Below are positions 1 to 10,879 of a DNA stretch of 64,000 nucleotides, piece by piece. The DNA comes from Candidatus Gastranaerophilales bacterium. Its GTDB lineage: Bacteria > Cyanobacteriota > Vampirovibrionia > Gastranaerophilales > Gastranaerophilaceae. The position numbers and the translations under genes were made by a program. The notes under the pieces were generated by a model. It did not search any database, was not told where the DNA came from, and worked only from the letters and a program-made list of their open reading frames with translations. The stretch's first letter is position 1; each line of letters opens with the position of its first letter. The DNA is taken from assembly GCA_944325735.1 (NCBI GenBank), contig CALVBI010000003.1, positions 85,051-149,050 on the forward strand. The letters run 5' to 3'.

Positions 1-1494
1 GATGAAGATGTAGAACTCGTAAAAAACATTTATAAAGATTCGCAAAACGGCTCATCAGGGGATTTAAGTTCGCATTACAAAAATATCTATGACACATTTG
101 ACAGTCTTATGAATGAAGCTAAAAAAGAACTCTCAAATGTAATGATGAAAAAAGAAAATCAAGAAAAAATTCAAAAAAAGGCAAGAGATATTGTAGCCAA
201 AATACACGGATTTAAAAATAATCAAAAATTAACAGAAGATGATATTACACAACAAATAGAAGCAATCCAAGAATTAATAAAAGAAGGACTATGGCCAGCC
301 CCTGGAGGAGCTTGGTGTTCTGCAGGCGTTCCAATTTATGACAAAATGAGTGAATGCGGTGGTTACCCAACATTTAAACATTACGATTACAAAGGGGAAG
401 ACGTTACAAGTTTTGCTAATTTGGATTGCCAAACTCCATACTATTTTTGCTATTTAGAAAACGGATCATTCAATACTCCAGTAATTGATTATTTTGTAAA
501 CTATATGGTAAATCTTCAAAAAGATTATAATTTTGACGGCTACAGAGTTGATCATATTGACCACATTGTCGATAAAGTTTCAGAAAATCATGGACGTCCT
601 ATTAGCTATAGGGCTCCAAGAGTAGTTTTAAACAAATTAAATAAAACAATGAAAAGCAAAATTCCATACTTTGGAACTCTTGCAGAATATATGCTATGGG
701 ATGACTATTTGAAAGAATACCATAAAGGTATGAACTTTGACCTTTTATGGGGAAATGACATTGTATCACAATCAGAAAAAACTCCTGAAAAAATTACTGA
801 AGATAATCAACATTTATTTAACTATAATGTTAATTTCAAAAAAGGAGAAAAACTATCTATATTAAAAACATATAACAACCAAGACGGTGAATTCAGATGT
901 ATTGACCAATACCCAGGGCAATTAGGAGAAACTGGTGCTTTGTATAAATGGTTTAAATACAAATTTTTACCAGGCGGCAAATTTGCACAAAGACCTATGT
1001 TATATGTAGATGGAGATGAAAGTTTTACAAAACGCGGCATCGAAAGTGTTATCGGAGAAGAAATATCAATGCCTAGAGAAAAGAATTACGAATTTTATAA
1101 AAAATTCAACGCTATAGACATGTTTGTAAAAAACAATCCAATAATCTCAAATGGCGAAGCACAAATGATTATTCAAGACGATGACGGTTTTTCATCTTGG
1201 ATTATATCAAAGGTTCCAGAAAAAACAGCTTATCTTGTAGTTTCAAACTACAAATACACAAATGAACGCGTTACAATGTTTGATGAAGATAATAAAAGTT
1301 ATTCAGAAATAATGCACGGGCAACCGGTATTTGACAAAACAATAAACTTACCATCTGATTATGTTATCTTAAAAGAATATTACATTGACGATGATGAATT
1401 CGTTTCAAATCCATTTGATACAGAAACTTCAACATTACATTTCGACAAATTAGAAGCAAGTGAATTCAGAGTATATGAATTAAAAAGAGCTTGA
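1..1494 (+). CDS. Glycoside hydrolase family 13 (alpha-amylase/glycogen-debranching-like), 5'-truncated by the window edge
   Basis: Frame is open from base 1. GH13-like catalytic regions DGYRVDHID, AEY and YNNQD. Confidence 0.75.
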   Translation, partial: DEDVELVKNIYKDSQNGSSGDLSSHYKNIYDTFDSLMNEAKKELSNVMMKKENQEKIQKKARDIVAKIHGFKNNQKLTEDDITQQIEAIQELIKEGLWPAPGGAWCSAGVPIYDKMSECGGYPTFKHYDYKGEDVTSFANLDCQTPYYFCYLENGSFNTPVIDYFVNYMVNLQKDYNFDGYRVDHIDHIVDKVSENHGRPISYRAPRVVLNKLNKTMKSKIPYFGTLAEYMLWDDYLKEYHKGMNFDLLWGNDIVSQSEKTPEKITEDNQHLFNYNVNFKKGEKLSILKTYNNQDGEFRCIDQYPGQLGETGALYKWFKYKFLPGGKFAQRPMLYVDGDESFTKRGIESVIGEEISMPREKNYEFYKKFNAIDMFVKNNPIISNGEAQMIIQDDDGFSSWIISKVPEKTAYLVVSNYKYTNERVTMFDEDNKSYSEIMHGQPVFDKTINLPSDYVILKEYYIDDDEFVSNPFDTETSTLHFDKLEASEFRVYELKRA

Positions 1495-1519
1495 CAAAAG
1501 TTGAAAAATCAGAAATAAT
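1491..1519 (+). promoter_or_regulatory. Sigma70-type promoter of prepilin gene 1 (TTGACA-17-AATAAT)
   Basis: TTGACA 1491-1496, AATAAT 1514-1519. 24/30 identical to 26410-26439. Confidence 0.7.
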
Positions 1520-1544
1520 ATTTGTAAAATATGGAGGTTGAAAA

Positions 1545-2344
1545 ATGTTTATTCAAGAAGCTTTGAGAGTGCCCCCCCCCCGCGAAACACAGATATAGCA
1601 AGCATATCAATAAAAAAGGTTTACTTTTTTAACAAAAATTGCAATACTAGTGATACAAAACATCACATAAAATCAAGAAAAGCTTTTACTTTGGCTGAAG
1701 TATTGATTACTTTGGGGATTATTGGAGTTGTAGCAGCACTTACAATACCTACGTTGGTTAATAATTACAGAAAAAAAGTGCTTGAAACTGGTTTAAAAAA
1801 ATCAATGTCCACCATTCAACAAGCTCTAAACACTACAGCATCAGAATATGGAGCTGATTATTTACTTAAATATCGTATGGATAATCTTGTCACAGCACCA
1901 ATCCCTAAAGAAGAAAGAGAAAAAATAAACGAAATCTTTGGAGAACAATTAAAATATGTAAAAATTCTTACTATCGGGGAAGCATACAAGATAAAAACAT
2001 ACAGCTTTAAAAGTAAAAAAGAAATAGGAGATAGATACTACGCCCTAAATCCTTGGGACGGAGTAATTACTCCAAAAATATACTTATTACCTGATGGAAC
2101 AACAATTGCGGGGATTGCATTTCAAACACACGGGACATATGACGGGATAAAAATAGGTTTTGATACAAACGGACCATACAAAGGACCAAATAGATTTGGT
2201 TATGATTTATTCTTTTTTGATACAGGATACTGGAACATAACAGCTTGTAATGATAGTTATTACTATGGATGTTTCAAATATGCACAACAAGATCAATGGC
2301 CGGATGATCCTACAAAAAAATATTGGGATAATTTAAAGTTATAA
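1545..2344 (+). CDS. Type IV pilin/pseudopilin-like protein, frameshifted at a C10 tract in the leader (putative phase-OFF)
   Basis: GGAGG 1533-1537 is 7 nt before ATG 1545, whose frame stops at TAG 1596-1598. The KA|FTLAEVLITLGIIGVVAALTIPTL motif (F at 1685) is in another frame; one extra C joins them. C-terminal FDTNGPYKGPNRFGYDLF is typical of this family. Confidence 0.85.
1572..1581 (+). repeat. Poly-C homopolymer (C10)
   Basis: gtg-cccccccccc-gcg read directly. Confidence 0.95.
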
Positions 2345-2386
2345 AAAACTATTGCCCAAATAATAATCTTGTTTTATGCTATAGAT

Positions 2387-4039
2387 ATGATAAAACAGCT
2401 TAGAATAAAAGATTACATTTTAATAGACGAACTCACTGCTAACTTTGATGAAAAATTAAATGTTATCACTGGTGAAACAGGTGCAGGTAAAAGTATATTG
2501 ATAAATGCAATTGATATAGCTTTTGCTCCCCGCGTATCTAAAGATGTAATAAAACATGATAAAGAAAAAGCTGTTATTGAACTCGTCATTGAAAATACAA
2601 AACATGATTTAAGCAAATTGTTTGAAGAAAATGGTGTTGACAATTTCGGTTCTGAAATTGTTTTAACAAAAGAAATTACTCAAAATGGAGTACGTTCTAG
2701 AGTAAATGGAACTCTTGTTAATCAAGAATTTATAAAACAATTAAAATCATATTTCCTTGATATTCATTCTCAACATCAAACATATGCTTTTATGCAACCC
2801 AAATATCATATAAATCTTTTGGACAACTATGCTAAAGAATCATATGGCAATAAACTTGATGCTTATAGGGAAAAATTCAAAGAATATCAGCATTTGCAAT
2901 CGCAACTTGACACTTTAAAAAATGCGTCAAATGCGACAGAAAGCCAGATAGAATTTTTACAATTCCAAATAAATGAAATAGACAGTGCAAATATTCAAAG
3001 CCCTACAGAAGATGAAGAATTAAATTCAGAACTTGAAGTTTTAGAAAATGCAGAAAAATTAAAAGAACTTACAGGCACTTCTTACTGGGCAATTAATGGT
3101 GATGACGGATCTATAATTGAAGCCTTAGGAAAAATTAAACAAAATATCTCAAAAGCTGCATCTATGGATAAGAATTTGGAAGAATTAGAAAGTAATCTAA
3201 TAGATGCAATTGAGAGATTAAAAGATGTAGGCTCTGACCTTAGGGATTATAGCCAAAATTTAGACAATGATACAGAAAGACTTAATGAAATTCAAGAAAG
3301 ATTATTCCTGCTTGATAAACTAAAAAGAAAATATGGCGGAACTTTAGAGTCCGTTCTTGAAACTTTTGATAAATTATCAAAAGAATTAAATGCAATAGAA
3401 TTTTCGACACAAAACATAGAAGAACTGGAAGCAAAAATCGAATCTACTCATAAAGAATTGATGCATACTGCATCTGAAATAAGTGAAAGCAGACAAAATT
3501 ATGCTCAAGTATTATCTGTTCTAATCCAAGAAAAATTAGAAAAATTAGAACTACCAAAAGCAAGATTTGAAATTTCAGTTACCCAAAAAAAGCTATGTTC
3601 TGATGGAATTGATAATGTAGAATTTTTAATTTCAACAAACGTGTCAGAAGATTTAAAACCTCTTGCAAAAGTTGCATCAGGCGGAGAAATTTCTCGTGTA
3701 ATGCTTGCAATAAAATCAATTTTTGCACAAAGTGATGATATTAATACAGTAATCTTTGATGAAATTGATACAGGAATTTCCGGTAAAGCATCACAAAGTG
3801 TTGCTGATGAAATTGTAGAATTATCTAAATACCACCAAATAATTTTAATTACGCACCAAGCTATTATCGCCTCAAAAGCAGATAAACATTTTTATGTAAG
3901 AAAATCCCAAAGTGATGAAACAAAAGTTGATGTATATGTACTCACAGGAGAAAATAGAATTAAAGCTCTTGCAGAATTAGCTGGCGGTGAAATAAATGAA
4001 CAATCAATTGAATTTGCAAAATCATTAATTTTACAATAA
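2387..4039 (+). CDS. recN: DNA repair protein RecN
   Basis: ITGETGAGKS Walker A, coiled coil, ASGGEISRVMLA signature, IFDEIDTGISG. Start placed at ATG 2387. Confidence 0.95.
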   Translation: MIKQLRIKDYILIDELTANFDEKLNVITGETGAGKSILINAIDIAFAPRVSKDVIKHDKEKAVIELVIENTKHDLSKLFEENGVDNFGSEIVLTKEITQNGVRSRVNGTLVNQEFIKQLKSYFLDIHSQHQTYAFMQPKYHINLLDNYAKESYGNKLDAYREKFKEYQHLQSQLDTLKNASNATESQIEFLQFQINEIDSANIQSPTEDEELNSELEVLENAEKLKELTGTSYWAINGDDGSIIEALGKIKQNISKAASMDKNLEELESNLIDAIERLKDVGSDLRDYSQNLDNDTERLNEIQERLFLLDKLKRKYGGTLESVLETFDKLSKELNAIEFSTQNIEELEAKIESTHKELMHTASEISESRQNYAQVLSVLIQEKLEKLELPKARFEISVTQKKLCSDGIDNVEFLISTNVSEDLKPLAKVASGGEISRVMLAIKSIFAQSDDINTVIFDEIDTGISGKASQSVADEIVELSKYHQIILITHQAIIASKADKHFYVRKSQSDETKVDVYVLTGENRIKALAELAGGEINEQSIEFAKSLILQ

Positions 4040-4063
4040 AAAAGGAGCTATAAAACTCCTTTT
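4040..4063. terminator. Bidirectional intrinsic terminator between recN and the sigma factor
   Basis: aaaaggag-ctataaaa-ctcctttt. Confidence 0.75.
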
Positions 4064-4122
4064 ATGTTTAGGATATTTAAGATAAAACATTAATCTAAAT
4101 TGTTTATAGAACGGATTTGTTC

Positions 4123-5091
4123 CTAATCCTCAATAAAATCTCTGAAGTGCTGTAATTCCTTTTTCTCTCTGATTTTTGATAATGCGGAATCCTCAAGCTG
4201 TCTTATTCGTTCTTTAGAATATCCCATTATCTCTCCTAGTTGTTCCAATGTTTTAGGCATTTCCCCATTTATCCCAAAACGATAGGTTATAATCTTTTTT
4301 TCTCTTTCAGGCAAAGTTGATAATAAATCTTCAATGCTTCCTTTTAATGCATTATTTTTAGTTTGAATTTCTGGAGATCTGTAAGATTTATCCTCGATAT
4401 AATCCCCGATATTCAAATCTTCTGTAACAGGGGTTTCCAAACTTATCGGTTCTTTTATTATTGACTTTTTTATAGTCATAAGCTGTTTTGGTGTAATCCC
4501 CAACCCTTCAGCTACTTCCATATCAGTAGGTTCACGTCCTAATTCAAAAGATAATGTCGTATACATCTTTTTATACTTTCTAATTTTATCTGTCATATGA
4601 ACAGGAATTCTTATTGTTCTCGAATTATTTGAAATTGCTCTTATAATTGTCTGTTTTATCCACCAAGTTGCATAAGTTGAAAATTTAAAATTCTTTGAAT
4701 AATCAAATTTTTCTGCAGCCTTAATCAAACCTAAAGAGCCTTCCTGCACCAAATCCATAAATAAGACACCTTGTCCTATATATTTTTTTGCGATACTTAC
4801 AACAAGTCGTAAATTAGCTTGAACAAGCTTTCTTTTTGCAATTTCAGCTTGAGATTTTTTCCCTTCTTTTATTTGTTTTCCAAGAGCCTTTTCCTCCTTT
4901 GAGTTTAACAATTTTACTTTTCCTATATCTTTCAAATACATTTGCAAAATATCATCATCATTTGATATTGAATTAAATGTTTTTGGTTCTTCAATATCGT
5001 CATCATCAATTTCAATAAATTCTGTATCATACTGATACTCCGGTTTTAAATCTTTATACAAATCTTCTTCAATATATTTTGTAACAGCCAT
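4123..5091 (-). CDS. RpoD-like sigma-70 factor (group 1/2)
   Basis: Region 1.2 [12 protein letters not shown]; region 2 [30 protein letters not shown]; region 4 [20 protein letters not shown]. Confidence 0.92.
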   Translation of the reverse strand: MAVTKYIEEDLYKDLKPEYQYDTEFIEIDDDDIEEPKTFNSISNDDDILQMYLKDIGKVKLLNSKEEKALGKQIKEGKKSQAEIAKRKLVQANLRLVVSIAKKYIGQGVLFMDLVQEGSLGLIKAAEKFDYSKNFKFSTYATWWIKQTIIRAISNNSRTIRIPVHMTDKIRKYKKMYTTLSFELGREPTDMEVAEGLGITPKQLMTIKKSIIKEPISLETPVTEDLNIGDYIEDKSYRSPEIQTKNNALKGSIEDLLSTLPEREKKIITYRFGINGEMPKTLEQLGEIMGYSKERIRQLEDSALSKIREKKELQHFRDFIED

Positions 5092-5192
5092 TTAAATCCC
5101 TCATCTTCTACAAAAATTGTCACACTTTTATTTTTTTTGACGTAGAATCGGAAATTTTGTTTCAAAGTCATTTTTTGTGTAAAATATAAATT

Positions 5193-6347
5193 ATGGGAAT
5201 TGTAAGTGAAAAAGATTTTATAGAACGCGTTAAAAATTTATCTGAAACATCTTTCAAACCTGGAGAAAGAAAAGATTTAAACGTTTTAGATTCACATGAT
5301 TTCAGATATTTAGAATCTGGAGAGTTTGGTGCAAACTTACATATACATTCTGAATATTCAGATGGTTCAATGTCAATTGATGAACTTTTAGAAAATGCTC
5401 AAAAAATCACAGAAAAAAATACAAACTTTTTACTTGCACTCACAGACCATGACACAATAGACGGGACAAAAGAAATTACAAAAAAAATAGATAAATATAA
5501 AAACGTAAATATTTGTCTTGGGCTTGAAATATCAACAATTGGAATAAATTTTCCTGATCAAAAAAAGCCTTGTCAGATACATTTACTTGTCTATGGAATA
5601 GATCCGTTTGATGAAAAATTAAATAATTATTTATTTCACAAAAGAGATTTAAAACTTCAACTCGCAAAAGCGACTATCGAAAAATTAAATTCAGCACTCA
5701 CAGGATACAATTTTAATATAGAAGAAGCATCAAAATGTCATATTATGATTAAAAAAGGGCAAGATGAAGTTGCTCATCCTCTAAAAAAATATACAGCAGG
5801 GAAAATTTTACTTAATTACTATTTGCCTGATGCTGATTTTTCCTATGATGCACCGATAAAAGAATTTAAATATTTATTCAAAACAAGTAGTGAACCTTAT
5901 TATAAAATTTATAAAAAAGCTCTTGAAATGTATATCGATCATGAGTTACCTAAAATTCCAGAAAAAATAGAAGAAAAAATTCAAATAGCAAGAGAAATAT
6001 ATATGCAATCTCATCCAACAATTGGGAAAATGCTTGAGCCTTTTTCTTCTTTTGAAGATGCAGTAGAATTTGTCTCTAATCTTAATTCAGGAGTAATGTC
6101 AATCGCGCATCCTGCTAGAACAAAAGCTTATTGCCCTGAATTTTATACATATCTTTTTGAACATTTCAAAAAATACGGCAAGGATAAAGCATTATTATAT
6201 GAAGGTTACTATCAATCATACGAAGGCGATTATTATCAAAAATGGCAAGCAAAAATTGATGAAGCAGCACAAAAATTTAACCTAATTAAAACAGGCGGAC
6301 TTGATTCTCACGGGAAAAATATTGTCACAAGATGTCCGTATTCATAA
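5193..6347 (+). CDS. PHP-domain metallophosphoesterase (TrpH/YciV-like)
   Basis: LHIHSEYSDG, ALTDHDT, IAHP, GGLDSHG motifs. Confidence 0.85.
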   Translation: MGIVSEKDFIERVKNLSETSFKPGERKDLNVLDSHDFRYLESGEFGANLHIHSEYSDGSMSIDELLENAQKITEKNTNFLLALTDHDTIDGTKEITKKIDKYKNVNICLGLEISTIGINFPDQKKPCQIHLLVYGIDPFDEKLNNYLFHKRDLKLQLAKATIEKLNSALTGYNFNIEEASKCHIMIKKGQDEVAHPLKKYTAGKILLNYYLPDADFSYDAPIKEFKYLFKTSSEPYYKIYKKALEMYIDHELPKIPEKIEEKIQIAREIYMQSHPTIGKMLEPFSSFEDAVEFVSNLNSGVMSIAHPARTKAYCPEFYTYLFEHFKKYGKDKALLYEGYYQSYEGDYYQKWQAKIDEAAQKFNLIKTGGLDSHGKNIVTRCPYS

Positions 6348-6361
6348 TAAGAAAGGGCAAA

Positions 6362-6763
6362 ATGATTAAAAGATTATTACCGGTTTTTATACTTTTATTT
6401 ATATTAACATCAACTAAATCACTTGCAGATGAAGGCTATGTGAGTCCTGAATCATATGCTGTAAATGAAGCAGATTTAATTGATTATATTGATGTTCCGC
6501 CTCCTACAAGACCAAATATTGATAATCTTGACAAGCCCGTAAAAATAAAAAGGCAAAAAGAAAGAAAAGTTAGGGAAGAAAAAATAAAACCATATAAACG
6601 AGGGCCTGTTTATCACATGGCAAAATGGTGGACTGATCAAAGATACAAACGAGAAGAACCTCATCATGGGGAAAAACATGAAATAAAAGTAAAACAACGT
6701 ATGGAATACGAAAAACAACTTCTTGAAAAACAAGAAGAAAATCAGACTTCCCCTGAAGAATAA
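6362..6763 (+). CDS. Hypothetical secreted protein
   Basis: Sec-like signal MIKRLLPVFILLFILTSTKSLA; AAGGG RBS before ATG 6362. Confidence 0.6.
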   Translation: MIKRLLPVFILLFILTSTKSLADEGYVSPESYAVNEADLIDYIDVPPPTRPNIDNLDKPVKIKRQKERKVREEKIKPYKRGPVYHMAKWWTDQRYKREEPHHGEKHEIKVKQRMEYEKQLLEKQEENQTSPEE

Positions 6764-6855
6764 CATATTTCTTCACAAAAAATTTTAAAACTGACAATAT
6801 TTTTTCTTTTTTATTTTTAATTAATATACAGGGAAAAATATCAAAAGGGATTTCT

Positions 6856-8724
6856 ATGACTTTAAATGTAAATGAAGCTGTGATCTTAAACAAAAAAAAT
6901 ATAAAATTTACATCAGAATCTCAACAAGAAGTAACAGAACAAAAAACAGAAGAACCTAAAGAAGAAAAATCTTTTTATGAACGCAATAAAAAAGCTCTTA
7001 TAGCTCTAAGCGCTATAGGTGTAGCTGCGATTGCATTAGGAACTCATCATTACATAAAAAGTCGTAACATCACAGATTCCGCAGAATCTGCAACAGATAA
7101 AATGACTAAAAAAAGTCAAAAAGCTTTCAATGAATTTAAAGAAAAACTAAATAAATTAAGTGAAAATGATGATGCTACAAATATTATTAAAACAGCATTA
7201 GCTGATGATAATCCTGCATTAAAATTAAAAACAATTGATCTTTTATTACAAAAAAACGGCAAACATATAAACGAAAATAACTGGGAAGATATTTTCAATT
7301 CATTAGTTAATATAAAACCAACTGAAAGTATCAAACCTGAAAAAATATCCCCAAAAGTAAATGAATTATACAATATTTTATTAGATAAAAATATTGTAAA
7401 TAATTATGTTATAGATAAAATTATCGAAAAACTCCCAGAAGCTTCAGATAATGTAAAATTAAGTCTTGCCCAAAAATTAATTGATAAAATTTATAAAAAA
7501 GGTGAATACATTGAGAATGACTTAAATTTTGAAGAAATCAGAAAGATTCTAAGCATTCTAGATAATGTAAAACAAGAAAAATTTGATTATTATGTAGATA
7601 AATATTTAACTTATAAAGATTACAATATATCTGGCTTAAAATACCATTACAACAAAAAATTATATACCGAAACTGAAATTGATAATACATATATAACAGA
7701 TCTAAAAAATATACTAAATGGGAATTCATTATCAGATAATGACAAACTTCAACTTATAGATGATATTTATTATGCTAAATTTATAGAAAAAGGGAAGCAT
7801 ACAAAAGAAGATATGGTGCTTATAAAAGAAATTCTCAAATCTTTTGAAAAAAATAAAGCAGACATATACCACCCGTCAAACCAACCTTTCTTACATAAAC
7901 ATGACAAATTTTCTTTAGAAGCAAGATTATTCGGACATGCTTATACTTATGACAATTTTAATGTATTCACAACTGAAGAAAAACTAAAAATAGCTAAATC
8001 ACTAAAAAAAGCTTCTAAAAAAGTTAAAGTTAATACAGCATCCTTAGATGGTAATGCTCATTTTATAAATGATATATACACAAAAGAGTTAGATTTAAGA
8101 AGTAAAAATTTCTTTGAAAAACTTACTCCTGAAACATCAATAAATGATTTTGATAAATTTATAGATGAAATGCTTGATAGCTATACTGAAGCCAAAGCTC
8201 ATTTTATCAAAGGTGATGAAATATTTGAAAAATTGGATGAAGATTTATTAAAACAAAAATTCACAATATTCCAACTTGATGCATATATAGAATTGATGAA
8301 AAGACAAGCCGAGTGTTTATTGAAATTTGACACTCAAGGTAGTAAACAAATTGATGAAATTTTTGAAAAAATTGAAAAATTCGGGAAAAAACATTTTAAT
8401 ACAAGCGAGAACTATTATTATAAAAAATCTGGAAAAACTAATTCTAATGAAAGAAAATATAATGCCCAAGATTTTGTAAACAATAAAACGCAAGAAGCAA
8501 AATCTAAATTATTAGATTTCTTGAAAAAAGATGAAGCATTAAAAGAATTTGCAGAAATTGTAGAAAACAACAAGCTTGATAAAATTTCTCTGAAAAATAT
8601 TAAACGTAAGTTTGCGGTAAAATACCACCCGGATAAAGCTAAAGACAATAATCAAAGAGCTGAATTTACTGAAATTTTCCAAGAAATTAACGATTCAATA
8701 GAAATTTTAGAAAAAACTTTATAA
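6856..8724 (+). CDS. Membrane-anchored protein with C-terminal J-domain
   Basis: Hydrophobic segment ALIALSAIGVAAIALG; C-terminal IKRKFAVKYHPDK...FQEIN (HPD motif). Confidence 0.7.
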   Translation: MTLNVNEAVILNKKNIKFTSESQQEVTEQKTEEPKEEKSFYERNKKALIALSAIGVAAIALGTHHYIKSRNITDSAESATDKMTKKSQKAFNEFKEKLNKLSENDDATNIIKTALADDNPALKLKTIDLLLQKNGKHINENNWEDIFNSLVNIKPTESIKPEKISPKVNELYNILLDKNIVNNYVIDKIIEKLPEASDNVKLSLAQKLIDKIYKKGEYIENDLNFEEIRKILSILDNVKQEKFDYYVDKYLTYKDYNISGLKYHYNKKLYTETEIDNTYITDLKNILNGNSLSDNDKLQLIDDIYYAKFIEKGKHTKEDMVLIKEILKSFEKNKADIYHPSNQPFLHKHDKFSLEARLFGHAYTYDNFNVFTTEEKLKIAKSLKKASKKVKVNTASLDGNAHFINDIYTKELDLRSKNFFEKLTPETSINDFDKFIDEMLDSYTEAKAHFIKGDEIFEKLDEDLLKQKFTIFQLDAYIELMKRQAECLLKFDTQGSKQIDEIFEKIEKFGKKHFNTSENYYYKKSGKTNSNERKYNAQDFVNNKTQEAKSKLLDFLKKDEALKEFAEIVENNKLDKISLKNIKRKFAVKYHPDKAKDNNQRAEFTEIFQEINDSIEILEKTL

Positions 8725-8772
8725 AAAATAGTTGACAATAAAATTTGTTTCAGTTATTATTAATCTTGCTGA

Positions 8773-8848
8773 GGGCGTTTAGCTCAGTTGGTAGAGCGCC
8801 TCCCTTACAAGGAGGATGTCAGAAGTTCGAGTCTTCTAACGCCCACCA
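8773..8848 (+). tRNA. tRNA-Val(TAC)
   Basis: GGGCGTT/AACGCCC acceptor stem, anticodon arm cctcc-ctTACaa-ggagg, TTCGA loop, encoded CCA. Confidence 0.97.
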
Positions 8849-8854
8849 TTTTAT

Positions 8855-8882
8855 AAGACCTCTATTAATGAGGTCTTTTTTA
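8855..8882 (+). terminator. Intrinsic terminator after tRNA-Val
   Basis: aagacctc-tattaat-gaggtctt followed by T-run. Confidence 0.8.
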
Positions 8883-8901
8883 GTAAGGAGAATATGTTTT
8901 T

Positions 8902-9543
8902 ATGAAAAAGATTTTTATAACGTTTTTATGCCTTATATCTATAGCATTAAGTGCTTATTCCTTTGATTACATAAAAGAAAAACAATCTGTTTATTATAAT
9001 CCGCAAACTACAAAATGGAGCACATCACAAACATCTCCTAAAGATATTAGATTAATATACAAAATGTTTGTAGGATCAGGTGGTTTTTCAGAATATTACA
9101 ACAACAAAGGAAAACTTGCCATCGGACCCTTTACAAACATGGAATTTATAAATAATGGCGATTTTATCGGTGTTGATAATGCTAATTTAAAATTTGTTAA
9201 ATACATCTACAATAATGGTTACTTTAAAGCTGTTCAACTAGATGAAACTTATATTCAATCCCTTTTTCCTAATGCTGAAATTGTAAAAATTTCTCAATTT
9301 AAAAATAATGAAATTACCTTATACAAGAAGCCTTTAGAGAAAAAGCAATTTCTAATTCTTAACGATACAAAACAAGGTTTTTATAAATATTCATACAAAC
9401 CTAATAATGTACAACAAACTTATGTAAAATCGTTATTAAATGTTAATAAATTCGGAAAAATCACATTCTCTCATTATGGTGATGACAATGATTTATTCCC
9501 AGCTTTAAAAATTCACATAAAGAAACAAAAAAATGAAAATTAA
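8902..9543 (+). CDS. Hypothetical secreted protein
   Basis: AAGGAG RBS; signal peptide MKKIFITFLCLISIALSAYS. Confidence 0.7.
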   Translation: MKKIFITFLCLISIALSAYSFDYIKEKQSVYYNPQTTKWSTSQTSPKDIRLIYKMFVGSGGFSEYYNNKGKLAIGPFTNMEFINNGDFIGVDNANLKFVKYIYNNGYFKAVQLDETYIQSLFPNAEIVKISQFKNNEITLYKKPLEKKQFLILNDTKQGFYKYSYKPNNVQQTYVKSLLNVNKFGKITFSHYGDDNDLFPALKIHIKKQKNEN

Positions 9544-10879
9544 TGATGAATTTATCGTAAATATAGAAAAACTATCAAATCTTGGTACAGGGATTACAAG
9601 AATTGATGGTCAAGTTGTATTTGTTGAAAATGCATGCCCGCAAGATGAATTAAAAATAAGAATTACGAAGGTCAACAAAAATTTTGCAACAGCAAAAGCT
9701 ATCGAAATTATAACACCATCACCATATAGAACAGATGCTTTCTGCCCTATGCAAAAAGTTTGTGGAGCATGCCAGTTACAATTCATTGATTATGACTATC
9801 AATTACTTCTAAAAAAACAAATTGTAGAAGATTCCATGAGAACAATCGGACATATCGATACCCCAATAAATATACCGATTAAAAGCCCTGAAATAAAATC
9901 TTTCAGACATAAAATTCAATACCCTGTATCACAAACAAAAGTATCAAAAAAACTGCTTGCTGGTTACTACAAACCTCAATCCCATGAAATTGTTAATATA
10001 AAATATTGTCCAATACAACCTGAAATTTGCGATAAAGTTATTGATTTTATAAGAAACACAGCAAATGATTATAATATTTCTGGCTACAATGAAAAGAAGC
10101 ACACAGGTGATTTGCGACACATTGTAATCAGATCTTCTTCTTATAATGGGAAATTATTAGTTACATTAGTTATCAATACTAATAAAATTTCAAAGAACAT
10201 AAGCAATTTTTCAAAAAGAATTTTTGATGAATTTGAAGAAGTTACAGGAGTTTGTATTAACATCAACAACAAAAAAACAAATGTAATTTTAGGAAATAAA
10301 ACAGAATGTATAATCGGAGATGATTTTATTTATGAAAAAATTCTAGATAAAACTTTTAAAATAGGATCATCTACATTCTTCCAAGTAAATCCTAAAAGTG
10401 CAGAAAATATTTTTAAATACGTAAAAGACGAAATTAAAAAACACGATAATCCAACTGTTCTTGATGCTTATGCTGGCATAGCAACATTTGGAATAGTTAT
10501 AAGTGATTCAGCTCTAAAAGTAACGAGCGTAGAAGAAAACAAAGAATCTATTGAAAAAGCAAAAGAAGTTCTTGAAATAAATAAAATAGATAATGTTGAA
10601 CTACACACAAAAGATACAACCAAATATCTTAAATCGATCAAGAAAAAATTTGATATAACAATTCTTGATCCTCCACGCAAAGGCTGCACAAAGGAAGCTC
10701 TAGATGAAACAATTGCTCATACGAAAAATAAAATTATTTATGTAAGCTGCAATCCTGCAACACTAGCAAGAGATTTAAAATACCTAAAAGATAATGGTTG
10801 CAAAATTGAAAGCATACAACCATTTGACATGTTTTGTCATACCTATCATATAGAAAATGTTGCAATTATTACTCTATAG
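9533..10879 (+). CDS. rlmD: 23S rRNA (uracil-1939-C5)-methyltransferase
   Basis: TRAM domain, CGACQLQ cluster motif, FFQVN, DPPRKG, YVSCNPATLARD. Confidence 0.93.
   Translation: MKINDEFIVNIEKLSNLGTGITRIDGQVVFVENACPQDELKIRITKVNKNFATAKAIEIITPSPYRTDAFCPMQKVCGACQLQFIDYDYQLLLKKQIVEDSMRTIGHIDTPINIPIKSPEIKSFRHKIQYPVSQTKVSKKLLAGYYKPQSHEIVNIKYCPIQPEICDKVIDFIRNTANDYNISGYNEKKHTGDLRHIVIRSSSYNGKLLVTLVINTNKISKNISNFSKRIFDEFEEVTGVCININNKKTNVILGNKTECIIGDDFIYEKILDKTFKIGSSTFFQVNPKSAENIFKYVKDEIKKHDNPTVLDAYAGIATFGIVISDSALKVTSVEENKESIEKAKEVLEINKIDNVELHTKDTTKYLKSIKKKFDITILDPPRKGCTKEALDETIAHTKNKIIYVSCNPATLARDLKYLKDNGCKIESIQPFDMFCHTYHIENVAIITL

Noticed and set aside
1538-1544. TTG 1538 as start of an intact pilin ORF
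   Set aside because: It has zero spacing from the GGAGG. ATG 1545 has canonical spacing and its ALRV leader matches pilin gene 2.
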